From: Kofleriaceae bacterium
GTDB lineage: Bacteria > Myxococcota_A > Polyangia > Haliangiales > Haliangiaceae
Assembly: GCA_965215005.1 (NCBI GenBank)
Contig: CBDCCZ010000018.1
Coordinates: 1-64,000 of the forward strand
Direction: 5' to 3'
Length of the DNA: 64,000 nucleotides
The notes beneath the pieces are model-generated. The model did no database searches. It was not told the DNA's origin and was given only the letters and a program-made list of their open reading frames with translations. Positions 1 to 11,012 of this stretch are shown here, piece after piece. Position numbers and translations under genes: made by a program. The first letter of the stretch is position 1; each line of letters begins with the position of its first letter.

Positions 1-2
1 AG

Positions 3-1106
<1,104 letters not shown>

Positions 1107-1124
1107 GACGCTCCCCAACGCTTG

Positions 1125-1937
1125 CTAACGAGACCCCAGCGCCTCGAGCTGGGCGTGCACCGCCGCATCGAGCGGCGCGAGCAGCAGCGCCAGCTCGAGG
1201 TGCGCGCGTGCGGCAGCGACCTCGCCTAGCCGCTCGGCCGCGGTGGCGCGCAGCTGGGCACGCAACACGGCATCGGCGACCGAGACCACGTCGGCGCGCT
1301 CGAGCACCGCATCCGCCTGCGCCGGCTCGTCCTCGTCGAGAAGCTCGGCAGCGCGCACAAAGGCAGCAGGCGCTCCAGAGGGCAAGGGCGTCGCTCCGAG
1401 TGCCAGCAATGCCTGCCGCGCCGCGGTGACGTACTCGGCGCGCGCGGGATCATTCTCGAGCCCAAGATACCGGCGCAGCGCCCGCCGCGCGATGCGCTGA
1501 TCGCCGGCGGCACGTGCGGCCATCGCCAAGCCGAAGTAGCCTTCTGCCTCCCGCGGCCGCAGCTGCACGTAGCTCTCATAGGCCAACACCGCATGCTCGT
1601 AACGACCCACGCGCCGATACGCATACCCGAGGGTGTACCAGCCAAACGCGTAGTCGGGATGGCGCAAGGTCGCGCGCTCCAAGTGGGCGATGAGCTCGGG
1701 GAGGCGGCCAGCGCGGAGCCACAGCGGCGCCCCGACGGTGTAAAGCTCGAGCAAATCCGGCGCCTCAAGCACCGCCTCGTCGATCCGCGCCAGCGCCACG
1801 TCCAGTGCCCCCAGCGCCACTAGCCGCTCGGCTTCGTCGAGCAGGCGGCGCGCCGTGGCGCGGTCGGCGCGAGCTGCCGCCAGGTTCATGGTCAGGCTCA
1901 GCGCGACGGCCAAGCACACCTGAAGACGGCGGTGCAT
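1125..1937 (-). CDS. Secreted TPR-repeat protein
   Basis: Signal-peptide-like N-terminus; TPR patterns (WYTLGYAYRRVGRYEHA, YFGLAMAA); start overlaps the upstream stop. Confidence 0.8.
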   Translation of the reverse strand: MHRRLQVCLAVALSLTMNLAAARADRATARRLLDEAERLVALGALDVALARIDEAVLEAPDLLELYTVGAPLWLRAGRLPELIAHLERATLRHPDYAFGWYTLGYAYRRVGRYEHAVLAYESYVQLRPREAEGYFGLAMAARAAGDQRIARRALRRYLGLENDPARAEYVTAARQALLALGATPLPSGAPAAFVRAAELLDEDEPAQADAVLERADVVSVADAVLRAQLRATAAERLGEVAAARAHLELALLLAPLDAAVHAQLEALGSR

Positions 1938-2845
1938 CAGCGGGGGAACAGCTCAGACTTCTGCGCAATGATATCGGCGCAGCTCGCGCCGGGCTCGACC
2001 CGCACCGCGCGAAACGTGGACGGGTTGCCGGGCTGGGGCGTGATCTCCGGGTTGAGATTCTTGACCGCGCCGACCTGCGCCGGGTTGCACGAGGTGCCCG
2101 CCGCCAGGCGACAACCAAGGATGCTCTGCTCGATGCTGGCGTCGATCTCGCCAACCAACAGCTCCGACGAGAACACCTCGCCGCGCAAGCTAAACTGCGT
2201 CCGCAACGTGACGTAGACCTGGTCGAGATTGACCGCCGGCACGTTGAAGGCGTTGAGCGTGGCGCCCGGCAGCCCATCGAGCTCCTGATCGCAGACGCAG
2301 TTGGAGCCGACCGAGAGGACGCAGTCGCTGCCGCCCGCGCAGCTTGGAAACGCGCCGTCTTCATCGGCGCTCGGAAGCGGTGCGCTCGCGGGGTCGAGCC
2401 GTGCTCCCAAGACGATCGTGAACTGCTCGGTCTCGAGCACCGCACACGTATCGGTGGACGAGAGCGTGCCCACTCCCATCACGCCGGCCACCGATCGCAC
2501 CGTCTCCACGGGCACATCGAAGATGATCGGCTGCGGTTGACCGGCGATTGGGATCTCGGGGATCTGAATAGCGCAGGCTTCGGCGACGAGCTCGACGTTG
2601 GTGCCGCTTTGCACGACTTCCATCGCGATGAGGAGCTCGGCCGTGGTGTCGACCTCGACCAGCCCAGAGGCATCCACGTGGACGTTCAGGGTGCCGAGCA
2701 CCGCGGCGCGGCCGCTCACGTCGAAGCTGCCGCCGGGCTGACATTGCTCACCGTACACCGCTGCGTCAACGGTGGTTTCATCGCCGCCGCGGGCGCAGGC
2801 GGTCGCGAGGCCACCCACGAGGACTACAAGGATGGAGCTGCGCAT
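1937..2845 (-). CDS. Hypothetical Cys-containing lipoprotein
   Basis: Lipobox LATAC after a hydrophobic stretch; protein-like composition. Confidence 0.75.
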   Translation of the reverse strand: MRSSILVVLVGGLATACARGGDETTVDAAVYGEQCQPGGSFDVSGRAAVLGTLNVHVDASGLVEVDTTAELLIAMEVVQSGTNVELVAEACAIQIPEIPIAGQPQPIIFDVPVETVRSVAGVMGVGTLSSTDTCAVLETEQFTIVLGARLDPASAPLPSADEDGAFPSCAGGSDCVLSVGSNCVCDQELDGLPGATLNAFNVPAVNLDQVYVTLRTQFSLRGEVFSSELLVGEIDASIEQSILGCRLAAGTSCNPAQVGAVKNLNPEITPQPGNPSTFRAVRVEPGASCADIIAQKSELFPR

Positions 2846-2939
2846 CGAGCTCGGCAGGATAGCATCGCGACGAGCGAGCGGCTGGCGCGGTCGCGGCGCT
2901 TGAAGGGGCGCGCGAAAAAGCGCTATACCTCCGCCAGTC

Positions 2940-4292
2940 TTGGGCGGATCTGTTTACGCGCGGCACGTCGTTCTGTCGCTCTGCGCGATGCTCGGCGCCG
3001 CGCGAGCAAATCCGGTGGAAGTCTTCGGCTTCGGCTCTGAGCACGCCGCCAAGGTCGGCGCCGCCGCGGCCACGGTCGAAGACTTCGCCGCCGGCTACTA
3101 CAACCCCGCCGGCATCGCGTTTGCGCCGCGCAAGACCGTAAGCGCGGGAATCTTGAGCTTTGCCTCGAACCTCGAGGTGCAAGGCGAGCGGCAACCCATC
3201 AGCGATTCGTTTGGCGTGCTCCTCGGCGCCACCGCGCCAGCGCCACTGGGAGGCGCCCTCGAGAACCTGGTACACGTCGGTATCGGCATGTACGTGCCGC
3301 CGCAGACCATCGTGCGGGTGATCGCGCGCTTTCCCGACGAGCCGCTGTTTCCGTACTACGACAATCGCACCCAGCGCATGGTGCTGCTGCCGACGCTCGC
3401 GCTCCGCCCGCACCGGGACCTCGCGCTCGGCGTTGCGGTCAATTATCTGGCCACGCTCTCGGGTGCCGTTGACGCGCGGGAAGGCGCCACCCGCGGCATC
3501 GAAGCCCGCGTCGACGAAGAGATTCCCGCCATCGCTCGCGTCAACGCCGGCATCGCCTGGCGGGTCGCTGCCCTCGACGGCCTGCAGCTGGCGGCGACGT
3601 TCCGCCAGAAGTTTGACATTCCCTTCCGCACCAACGCGCGCGTGCAGGTCGCCGGCGAGCCCATCGCGGTGGATATCGCCGCCAGCGGCGTGTTCACGCC
3701 AACGCAATTGGTCGGCGCCATCGCCTGGCGCGGCACCTCCGTCACCGCCAATCTCGACGTCACTTGGTCGAACTGGTCGTCCTATGACGGCCCGTTCGTC
3801 ACGGTTCGCTCTGAGCTACCGCTGGTCGGCCCGCTGGTCGCGGAGCTGCCGCGGGTTCCCTTCAGCGACACCATCGCAGCGCGCTTTGGCGGCGAAGCTC
3901 GCCGCGCCATCGGCACTAGCGAGCTCGCCTTCCGCGCCGGCTACGGCTTTGAAACCTCGGCATTTCCGGCGGAGCAAAGCGGCGTCACCAATCTCTTCGA
4001 TGGCTTCAAGCACTTCGTCGGCGCCGGCATTGGGCTGCGCCTTGCCGCCGCGCAGCCGGTGCGCATCGACGTGCATGTGCAGGCGCACCTGGTCGGCGAG
4101 CGCACGTTCGAGAAGCGCATCAGCGGTGAAGGCGAAGAACGCGACCCGTTCACCTCGCTGCGCGACGAGCTCGAAGATGATCCCGCCGATCCCAACACTG
4201 CAGGGGCGCAAATCTCCAATCCCGGCTATCCGAGCATTACCGGCGGAGGCCAGGTTTTCAGCGCCGGCGTCACCATGGGAGTCGAGTTTTGA
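2940..4292 (+). CDS. FadL/OmpP1-like outer-membrane channel (copy 1)
   Basis: Signal peptide, YYNPAG hatch motif, amphipathic beta strands, RAGY motif, C-terminal Phe (GVEF). Confidence 0.8.
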   Translation: MGGSVYARHVVLSLCAMLGAARANPVEVFGFGSEHAAKVGAAAATVEDFAAGYYNPAGIAFAPRKTVSAGILSFASNLEVQGERQPISDSFGVLLGATAPAPLGGALENLVHVGIGMYVPPQTIVRVIARFPDEPLFPYYDNRTQRMVLLPTLALRPHRDLALGVAVNYLATLSGAVDAREGATRGIEARVDEEIPAIARVNAGIAWRVAALDGLQLAATFRQKFDIPFRTNARVQVAGEPIAVDIAASGVFTPTQLVGAIAWRGTSVTANLDVTWSNWSSYDGPFVTVRSELPLVGPLVAELPRVPFSDTIAARFGGEARRAIGTSELAFRAGYGFETSAFPAEQSGVTNLFDGFKHFVGAGIGLRLAAAQPVRIDVHVQAHLVGERTFEKRISGEGEERDPFTSLRDELEDDPADPNTAGAQISNPGYPSITGGGQVFSAGVTMGVEF

Positions 4293-5572
4293 GGCTGCTC
4301 ATCGTGCTCGCGCTGCTGCTGTCGCCAGCGATGGCCGCCGCCGATCCCCTCGATGACTTTGGCTTCGGTGCTCGGGCGGCGGGTATGGCCGGCAGCGTCG
4401 TCGCCGATAGCCGCGGCGCCGATGCGGCTCATCACAATCCCGCCGGCGTCGCGCTGGGCGAGCATCCCGCGGTGCTTTTGGGCTACGGCTACGGCGTCAT
4501 GGGCCTCGAGCTCAGCGGCCGCGATGCCGCGGTTCTCGATGTTCGCGGCGCAACCATCGGTGCCGCCCTGCCCTTTGCGCTCAGCGATTCCATTCGCGTA
4601 GGCGCAGGCTTGGCGCTGTATCTGCCTGATCAGTTCATCGCCCGCGTGCAGCTCGTGCCGCCGACCGAGCCGCGTTTTCTGCTTCTCGACAACGATCCGC
4701 ATCGACTCGTCGCCGAGCCGGTGGTGGCTGTGCAACTGGGACGATGGCTGGCAGTGGGGGCTGGCGCATCGCTGCTCGCCAATGCCCAAAGCGATCACAT
4801 CACCTTCGATGTTGGCATCGTCGGCGGCGAGAAGGTCGGCGAGGCCAACCTCGATGCCGGACTGCCGACGCGGGTCGCGCCGCTCCTCGGCGTAATGATC
4901 GCGCCGCACGAGCGCGTCCGCGGCGCCCTCGTCTACCGCGGTGAGCTGGGGCTCGATTTGGCGCTCGACATCGTCACCAACGTCGATGTCGCCGGAGTGG
5001 TCACGGGCGATGCGCTGGTGTCACTGCGCGCGAGCAATTACTTCACGCCGCGCAAGCTCGTCGCCGGCGTGGCGGCCGATCTCACCCGCGACCTCACGTT
5101 CACCGCGGAGATGACCTGGAGCGAGTGGTCGGCGTACGCCGGCGGCCTAGGCGATCTGCAGGTGGCCGTCGCCCTCGACATCACTCCGCCGCTGGTGCAA
5201 ACGCGCAATCCCGCTTCCGCCTTCGAGAACACCCTCTCCGGACGCACGGGCATCGAAGCGCGCTTTGGCGGCCCTGCCACCCGCTTTGCGCTCCGCGCCG
5301 GCTACGGCTACACCCCCACCCCGGTGCCCGAGCAAACGGGCCTCACCAGCTTTGCTGACAACGATCGCCACCTTCTCGCGACCGGCCTCGGCATCACGCT
5401 CGCCGATTTTGCACCGCTTCTCACGCGCCCCATCGACTTCGACGTTGCGCTGCAGTGGCATCACCTGCGCGAGCGCATCACCGTCAAAGACGCCGCGCAG
5501 TTTCCCGGCGCAGCATTCTCCTCCAGCGGCGACATTGCGTTCGCCACCGGCTCGATGAAGGTGAGGTTCTGA
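4289..5572 (+). CDS. FadL/OmpP1-like outer-membrane channel (copy 2)
   Basis: Signal peptide, HHNPAG, WSEWS, RAGY, C-terminal Phe (KVRF); overlaps the stop of copy 1. Confidence 0.8.
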   Translation: MRLLIVLALLLSPAMAAADPLDDFGFGARAAGMAGSVVADSRGADAAHHNPAGVALGEHPAVLLGYGYGVMGLELSGRDAAVLDVRGATIGAALPFALSDSIRVGAGLALYLPDQFIARVQLVPPTEPRFLLLDNDPHRLVAEPVVAVQLGRWLAVGAGASLLANAQSDHITFDVGIVGGEKVGEANLDAGLPTRVAPLLGVMIAPHERVRGALVYRGELGLDLALDIVTNVDVAGVVTGDALVSLRASNYFTPRKLVAGVAADLTRDLTFTAEMTWSEWSAYAGGLGDLQVAVALDITPPLVQTRNPASAFENTLSGRTGIEARFGGPATRFALRAGYGYTPTPVPEQTGLTSFADNDRHLLATGLGITLADFAPLLTRPIDFDVALQWHHLRERITVKDAAQFPGAAFSSSGDIAFATGSMKVRF

Positions 5573-7059
5573 TGCGCAGCTGGCTGCTTCTCGTGCTTGC
5601 GATCGGCGGCTGCGGGTTTGCGCCGCAAGATGACTTCACCGGCCGTCGCGTCGGCGATGGCGCTGCGCCTTGGACCGACCTCGGAGTGGTTCAGCTTTGC
5701 CTCGGCAACGAGCTCATCGGCCCACCCGCCACCGATCCTGGCGGGCTGTGCATTGCCGGCACCTCCGCCGAAGCGCCCTGCGCCGGCGATAGCGACTGCC
5801 GTAGTCGCGAAGCCTGCGTCTGCGGCCGCTGCACCGTGCCCTACTGCACCGTCAACAGCGATTGCCCGAGCGGCCGCACTTGCTCGTTTAGCGAAAACCG
5901 CTGCGACGTCGTCTGCGCTGAGACCAGCGACTGCGCCGACGGCGAGCAATGCTTCAACAACACGTGCCGCGCTCGCTGCGCAACGACCGACGATTGCCAA
6001 ACCGGCGAGGTGTGCAGCGCCAACAACCGCTGCGTCACCGCTGACTGCGCCAGCGAAGCCGACTGCATCGAGGGCGAGCGGTGCCGGATCCAGCGAGTGC
6101 CGCGGGTGGCGCGCGAGCCGACCATCCTCGACACCGGCAGCGGCCCGACGCGGTTCGTGATGTGGCTCGAGCTTTCGAGCGAGACCGATACCGAAGACCG
6201 CGCCATCTGGCGCGCCATCTCCGCCGATGGTCAGCGTTTTCGCATCGACCCCGCCCGTCCGGTCAAGGACGATGGCGGTGCAGCGGCGCCTTCCATTCTC
6301 CGCGATGGCGACGGCTATGTCCTCTACTACGAGTATCAACAAGGAGCCGAGATTCGCGTGGCAACCTCGCCCGATGGCATCGCCTTCGGCGACGGCCAAC
6401 TCGCGCTTGCCGGAGGTGTGGGGCCTGCAGCGGCGCGGGCGCCGAGCGCCGTGCTGCGGGGCGACGAGGTGCTCCTCTATTATCAGATCGGCGACGGCAC
6501 CGCGATTGGGCTGGCGCGTGGTCCGCTCGCAGGGGCGCTCACGTCGCTAGGCCCGGTGCTCGAGCCACGCGAGGTCATCGACCGCGGCGACGACATTGCC
6601 GGTGGCGCGTGGCTCGAGGTCGAAGCGGTGCGTAGTCCCGCCGCGGCGATTATCAGCGGCCCAGGTGGTCCGCGCCTGCACCTCTGGTTCAGCGCCTTCG
6701 GCCGCGAGAGCGGCGATTCGGAGCAGTTCGGCGAGGTGGTTCCGCTGCCGCCAAACTACTCCATCGGCTACGCGGTCACGACCACGGACGCGCCCCAAAG
6801 TCTGCTGCTTTGGCCATTCAACCCCGTGCTCGATCGCGTGAGCGCCTTCCTCGATCACGGCAGCGAGCTCGATCCCGCGGTCGTCGAGCTAGTCGGTAGC
6901 GACGGCAAGCCCACCGACGCGTACCTGCTCTACTACGTAGACGCAGAGACCGACAGCGCCGCCGGTCCGATCGAGCTCGGTCGTTTGGGTGTGGCGCAAA
7001 CGGCGGCAACACCGCTCGCTGAGGCGCGGCCATTCGGGCAAAGACCGCGGTTGACGTAG
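5572..7059 (+). CDS. Lipoprotein with Cys-rich repeats and a probable beta-propeller (glycoside-hydrolase-like) domain
   Basis: ATG 5572 in a TGATG overlap; lipobox AIGGC; repeated C-x-x-x-x-D-C-x-x-G-x-x-C units; blade-like motifs (APS...LYY...ATSPDG). Confidence 0.7.
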   Translation: MRSWLLLVLAIGGCGFAPQDDFTGRRVGDGAAPWTDLGVVQLCLGNELIGPPATDPGGLCIAGTSAEAPCAGDSDCRSREACVCGRCTVPYCTVNSDCPSGRTCSFSENRCDVVCAETSDCADGEQCFNNTCRARCATTDDCQTGEVCSANNRCVTADCASEADCIEGERCRIQRVPRVAREPTILDTGSGPTRFVMWLELSSETDTEDRAIWRAISADGQRFRIDPARPVKDDGGAAAPSILRDGDGYVLYYEYQQGAEIRVATSPDGIAFGDGQLALAGGVGPAAARAPSAVLRGDEVLLYYQIGDGTAIGLARGPLAGALTSLGPVLEPREVIDRGDDIAGGAWLEVEAVRSPAAAIISGPGGPRLHLWFSAFGRESGDSEQFGEVVPLPPNYSIGYAVTTTDAPQSLLLWPFNPVLDRVSAFLDHGSELDPAVVELVGSDGKPTDAYLLYYVDAETDSAAGPIELGRLGVAQTAATPLAEARPFGQRPRLT

Positions 7060-7075
7060 CCCACCGTAGGGACGT

Positions 7076-7261
7076 ATGAGTGGCCCGCAAAGGCAGCAGC
7101 GCAGCTGGCTTCGCTTGCGCGGGCTCGATACACTCACGCTCTGCTTCTCCGGCGTCATCTCACTCTCGAGGAACCTCTACATGCTCGCAGTCATCGGCAA
7201 CGTCATGGTCGGCCTTCTCGCGATCAGCCTGTTCACCGCTACGATTCGATTGAGCAAATAA
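7076..7261 (+). CDS. Small hypothetical membrane protein
   Basis: 61-aa ORF with a hydrophobic C-terminal half that fills the gap; weak support. Confidence 0.35.
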   Translation: MSGPQRQQRSWLRLRGLDTLTLCFSGVISLSRNLYMLAVIGNVMVGLLAISLFTATIRLSK

Positions 7262-7322
7262 TCGCATCGACCCCCGCGCGGCCTCCCGGCGTTCATCCCT
7301 TCACGCTCCAATCCGTCGGCTC

Positions 7323-8384
7323 GTGACGACTCGCAAGACAGTGCGCCCTCGCGTGACTCGTCCGCTTTCTCGCGACGAGCTCTCCACCGACGATCTCGAG
7401 TCGGTGCGGCTCATGCTGCGTGGCGGCTCGGTGATTGACTGGCACCGTCTAGGGTTTCACGATCATGCGGCCGTCGACCGGTTTCTGCGGGTCAACGAGT
7501 TCGACCCAGACGATGACGAAGAGATGGCGCGGCTCGAAGAGTTGCGCCTAGACGCGGTGGAGTATCTGGCGCGCACCTTCACCTTCGGCGTTCCCGAGGA
7601 AATCGCCGAGGTGGTACCGGCGCGGGACCTGTTCCTGATCGCCTCGCGGGAGGGGCCGAACCGCAAGTGGGCGTGCGTGATCCTAAAGGTCATGCACATC
7701 ATCCATCACCTGGCGGGGCGTGAGGCGCTGGTACGGCTGCCGATTTCGGATGACAACGTGTTCCACGCGATCGAGCTCAAGGTCATGCAAGTGATCGAAG
7801 AGCTGCGCGCCGCCGGCTATCCGATTGCCGAATTCGAATGGAGCCGCAAGCCACGCGACTCACTCATCACCAAGCTACTCGCCAAGCGCTCGACCCTTGC
7901 CGCCAAAGTCTACGACAAGCTGCGATTTCGCCTGATCGTCAAAGATCGGCAGGATCTTCTGCCGATGCTGGCGGTGCTCACGCGGCAGCTCATCCCGTTC
8001 AACTACGTCGTTCCGGGAGAGAGCATCAACAAGCTCCTCTCGTTCGAGCACGAGCTGCAAGCCAGCCCGACGCTACGGGAAGTTAGCTCGAGCTTGCAGC
8101 GCGAGAGCGAGAGCGACGGCGAGCCCTACAACGAGTTTTCAGCGCTCGAATATCGCATCATCAACTTCGTCGCCGACCTGCCCTTGCGGATCGGTGCGAT
8201 CCTCGACGAACGCTGTCTGCCGCCCGAATGCGGCCACGTGGTGTTCGTGTTGACGGAATTTCAGCTGTGCGACAAAGCCTCGGCGATGCAAAACGAGCTC
8301 GGTTCTTCCAGCCATGAGGCGTACAAGGCCCGGCAGCTCGACCGCGTCTGCGTGCGACTGCTGACCGAAGGCGACAAGCCCTGA
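7323..8384 (+). CDS. TIGR04552-family protein (RelA/SpoT-like nucleotidyltransferase fold)
   Basis: LRGGSVIDWHRL, KVMHIIHHL, RKPRDSLITKLLAK, YDKLRFRL, FNYVVPGES and TEFQ motifs. Confidence 0.8.
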   Translation: MTTRKTVRPRVTRPLSRDELSTDDLESVRLMLRGGSVIDWHRLGFHDHAAVDRFLRVNEFDPDDDEEMARLEELRLDAVEYLARTFTFGVPEEIAEVVPARDLFLIASREGPNRKWACVILKVMHIIHHLAGREALVRLPISDDNVFHAIELKVMQVIEELRAAGYPIAEFEWSRKPRDSLITKLLAKRSTLAAKVYDKLRFRLIVKDRQDLLPMLAVLTRQLIPFNYVVPGESINKLLSFEHELQASPTLREVSSSLQRESESDGEPYNEFSALEYRIINFVADLPLRIGAILDERCLPPECGHVVFVLTEFQLCDKASAMQNELGSSSHEAYKARQLDRVCVRLLTEGDKP

Positions 8385-8403
8385 GCGGCAGGCCCTTAGC
8401 CCC

Positions 8404-10875
8404 TTAGCCGCCCGAGTCGACCGGCAGGTCTTCCACGAGCTTGGTGTCGCGGCCCGGGGCAATGTCGACGGTGTAGTGGAACTTGGCCCGCCCGACTACG
8501 AAGGTCACGCGGTGGCGGCCGGCGGGCAGCGCAATCTTGGCGCGCGGCGCGATAGGAGTCATCTTGCCGGTGTCGCGCCCGTCGATGAACACCCGCGCCC
8601 ATGGCGTGGTGTAGGCGAGAAGATGGCCAACCTGCGGCTGCGGTTCGGCCGGCTCTGTTGATTCCGCGATAGATTGCGTGCCGCGCTCACTCGGCGGTGT
8701 GCGCTCACGCGTCTCGTCACGGTCGCGCGGTTCTCCGCGGTCGCTGGCCTCGCGCTCTTGCCGCCCACGACGACGTTCGTCCTCGTCGCGATCGCCGCCC
8801 GCGCGAGTGGGAGCCGCGACGACCGCACGACGGATGGTCTCGCCTTGCTCGACGCGCAACTCGAGCTTCTGCACCCGCTGGCCGCCGACCTCGACGACGA
8901 TTCGATGCTCGAGGTTGGCGTCGAGCGCGATCGGCGCGCGCGCTTCTGCGGCGCTGAGGCGGCGACCATCGACGATCACCGCGTGGTCGTCGGTCATCTC
9001 GGTGAGCACCAACGTGCCCACCGCTGGAGGCCGCGCGAACACGCACTTGATATGCCGCACCTTGCGCGCTTCGAGCGCGACATCGCGATCGCAACGCAAC
9101 GCTCCCGCCCGGCGAACGCTGACGGCGTAGCGCCCCGCCGGTAGCTCCTCGAGCGTGAGCGCGCCATCTTCGATGACGCCGCGCTTCTCGCCGTTGACGT
9201 AGACCTCCGCCGACTTTTCGTCCGAGACGGTGACCACCACTGTGCCCGTGTCAGCGATGGCGCTCTTGTTGGCGTCGCTGGAGGAACCGAAGAAAACCAG
9301 CTTGCCCACCGCAAACACCGCCAGCACCAGCACTGCGATCCCAACTCCGATGGCCACGTCCTTGATGATGGACGGAGCGCGCGCGGAAGCGCTGCGATAC
9401 GGCGATGGCAGCGGGGTTACCGATGACGTGGTGCCGAACAAGTACGGATCGCGCCGCGGCAGATCGCCGCCCAAGCTCGCGAGCATCGCCCCCGCGGGAC
9501 CCGATGCACCGGCTTCGGAGGCCGATAACGCGGGCATCCCGCGCGGTGTGAACATCACCATCGGCGCTTCCGGGACTCCGCCGCCCTCGATGGTTTCGAC
9601 GTCGTCGGCGGTCGGCAGCGCCGTCACAACGCTCGGTTGATCGTCGATGGGCTGATCGATCGTGTCGAGGGAGATGAGATCGCTCTCATCGATCTCGCCA
9701 AAAATTTCGGTCGGTGCTTCGTCGCCGAAGTCGGCATCGCCATGGCTCGTTGATCGCCGCACCCGCGAGCGCGGAGCCGCTTCGGCCTCGTGAGCAAAGG
9801 CCGGCGCAGCAAGCGCCGTCGGACCGCTTTGCGCCGCGCTCGCGATGGCGAGATGCTCGAGGGTGTCGGGCTTGACGTGCGGCTCGCCGCTGATGAGACC
9901 GTCGCGTCCAAGCCGCTTGTACGTCTCCATCAGCTTGCGCTCGCGGCTCAGCTCGCCACTGAACGCCTGCTTGAGCCATTGCCCCAGGCTCTTGGCGGTG
10001 AAGACCTCCTGCCAGCTCATCAAGAACGCCTGCAGATCGGCGTGCATCTCGCTGGCGTGCTGGTAGCGATCGTCGGGCTCGCGCTCCAGCGCGCGCATGA
10101 CGATGGCTTCTACGGCCGGCGGAATGTCGGGCCGGCGAACGCAGGGCGAAGGAATCTCGGCATTGCGCACCTTCTCCAGGGTTGCAAAGTCGCTGTCCCC
10201 TTGAAACAGCCGCTCGCCGACGAGGCTCTCGTAGAGAATCGTGCCGAGCGCGAAGATGTCGCTGCGGTGATCGAGCGGCAGGCCACGCACCTGCTCCGGC
10301 GACATGTAGCCAAACTTGCCTTTGAGCACCCCTGCCATGGTTCGCGACGAACGCGAAGCCGCCTTGGCGATGCCAAAGTCGATGACTTTGACCTCGCCTT
10401 CGTACGACACCAGGACGTTTTGCGGCGAGCAGTCGCGATGCACGATCTCGAGCGGAACGCCCATCGGGTCGCGCTTGCGATGCGCGTAATCGAGCCCTTC
10501 GCAGGCCTTGCCGACCACGAAGCACGCCATCGGCACCGGCATCGGCTGCTCGTTCTTCTTCAGCCGGTTCTGGATCTGGAGCAGGTCCTTGCCCCAGATG
10601 TACTCCATCGCGATGAAGTGAGCGCCGTCGATGCGCCCGAGCTCGAAGATTTGGCAGATGTTGGCGTGGGCGAGCTGTCCGGCGATCTTGGCTTCATCGA
10701 TGAACATCGTGATGAAGTCGCGGTCGTCCCCCATAGACGGAAGAATCCGCTTGATCGCAATGACCTTCTCGAAGCCTTCGACGCCATAGCTCTTGGCCTT
10801 GAAGACCTCCGCCATCCCCCCGACACTGATCCTGTCGAGAAGCAAGTACTTCCCGAACGGTATGGGCTGACGCAC
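8404..10875 (-). CDS. Membrane Ser/Thr protein kinase with extracytoplasmic PEGA-like domains
   Basis: GGMAEV, IAIK, HRDCSPQN, DFG, GKFGYMSPE; one TM; PWARVFIDG...GxTP; GTG start at 10875 preferred over 10911. Confidence 0.92.
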   Translation of the reverse strand: MRQPIPFGKYLLLDRISVGGMAEVFKAKSYGVEGFEKVIAIKRILPSMGDDRDFITMFIDEAKIAGQLAHANICQIFELGRIDGAHFIAMEYIWGKDLLQIQNRLKKNEQPMPVPMACFVVGKACEGLDYAHRKRDPMGVPLEIVHRDCSPQNVLVSYEGEVKVIDFGIAKAASRSSRTMAGVLKGKFGYMSPEQVRGLPLDHRSDIFALGTILYESLVGERLFQGDSDFATLEKVRNAEIPSPCVRRPDIPPAVEAIVMRALEREPDDRYQHASEMHADLQAFLMSWQEVFTAKSLGQWLKQAFSGELSRERKLMETYKRLGRDGLISGEPHVKPDTLEHLAIASAAQSGPTALAAPAFAHEAEAAPRSRVRRSTSHGDADFGDEAPTEIFGEIDESDLISLDTIDQPIDDQPSVVTALPTADDVETIEGGGVPEAPMVMFTPRGMPALSASEAGASGPAGAMLASLGGDLPRRDPYLFGTTSSVTPLPSPYRSASARAPSIIKDVAIGVGIAVLVLAVFAVGKLVFFGSSSDANKSAIADTGTVVVTVSDEKSAEVYVNGEKRGVIEDGALTLEELPAGRYAVSVRRAGALRCDRDVALEARKVRHIKCVFARPPAVGTLVLTEMTDDHAVIVDGRRLSAAEARAPIALDANLEHRIVVEVGGQRVQKLELRVEQGETIRRAVVAAPTRAGGDRDEDERRRGRQEREASDRGEPRDRDETRERTPPSERGTQSIAESTEPAEPQPQVGHLLAYTTPWARVFIDGRDTGKMTPIAPRAKIALPAGRHRVTFVVGRAKFHYTVDIAPGRDTKLVEDLPVDSGG

Positions 10876-11012
10876 TTCTCTTGCATTGTCGCAGTGCCTC
10901 GCGCAGAGCACAACCGGTTTCGAGGCCTTCTAGCCCCGGCGAGCGACCCACAAAGACAGCCTCACGAACCACCTATGGTGGGCTGACAGCCACAGGCGCG
11001 AGCCCCCAGATG

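Noticed and set aside
6985..7059. Possible frameshift at the 3' end of the propeller lipoprotein (alternative ending NGGNTAR*)
   Set aside because: Plausible, but there is no motif evidence to choose between the endings
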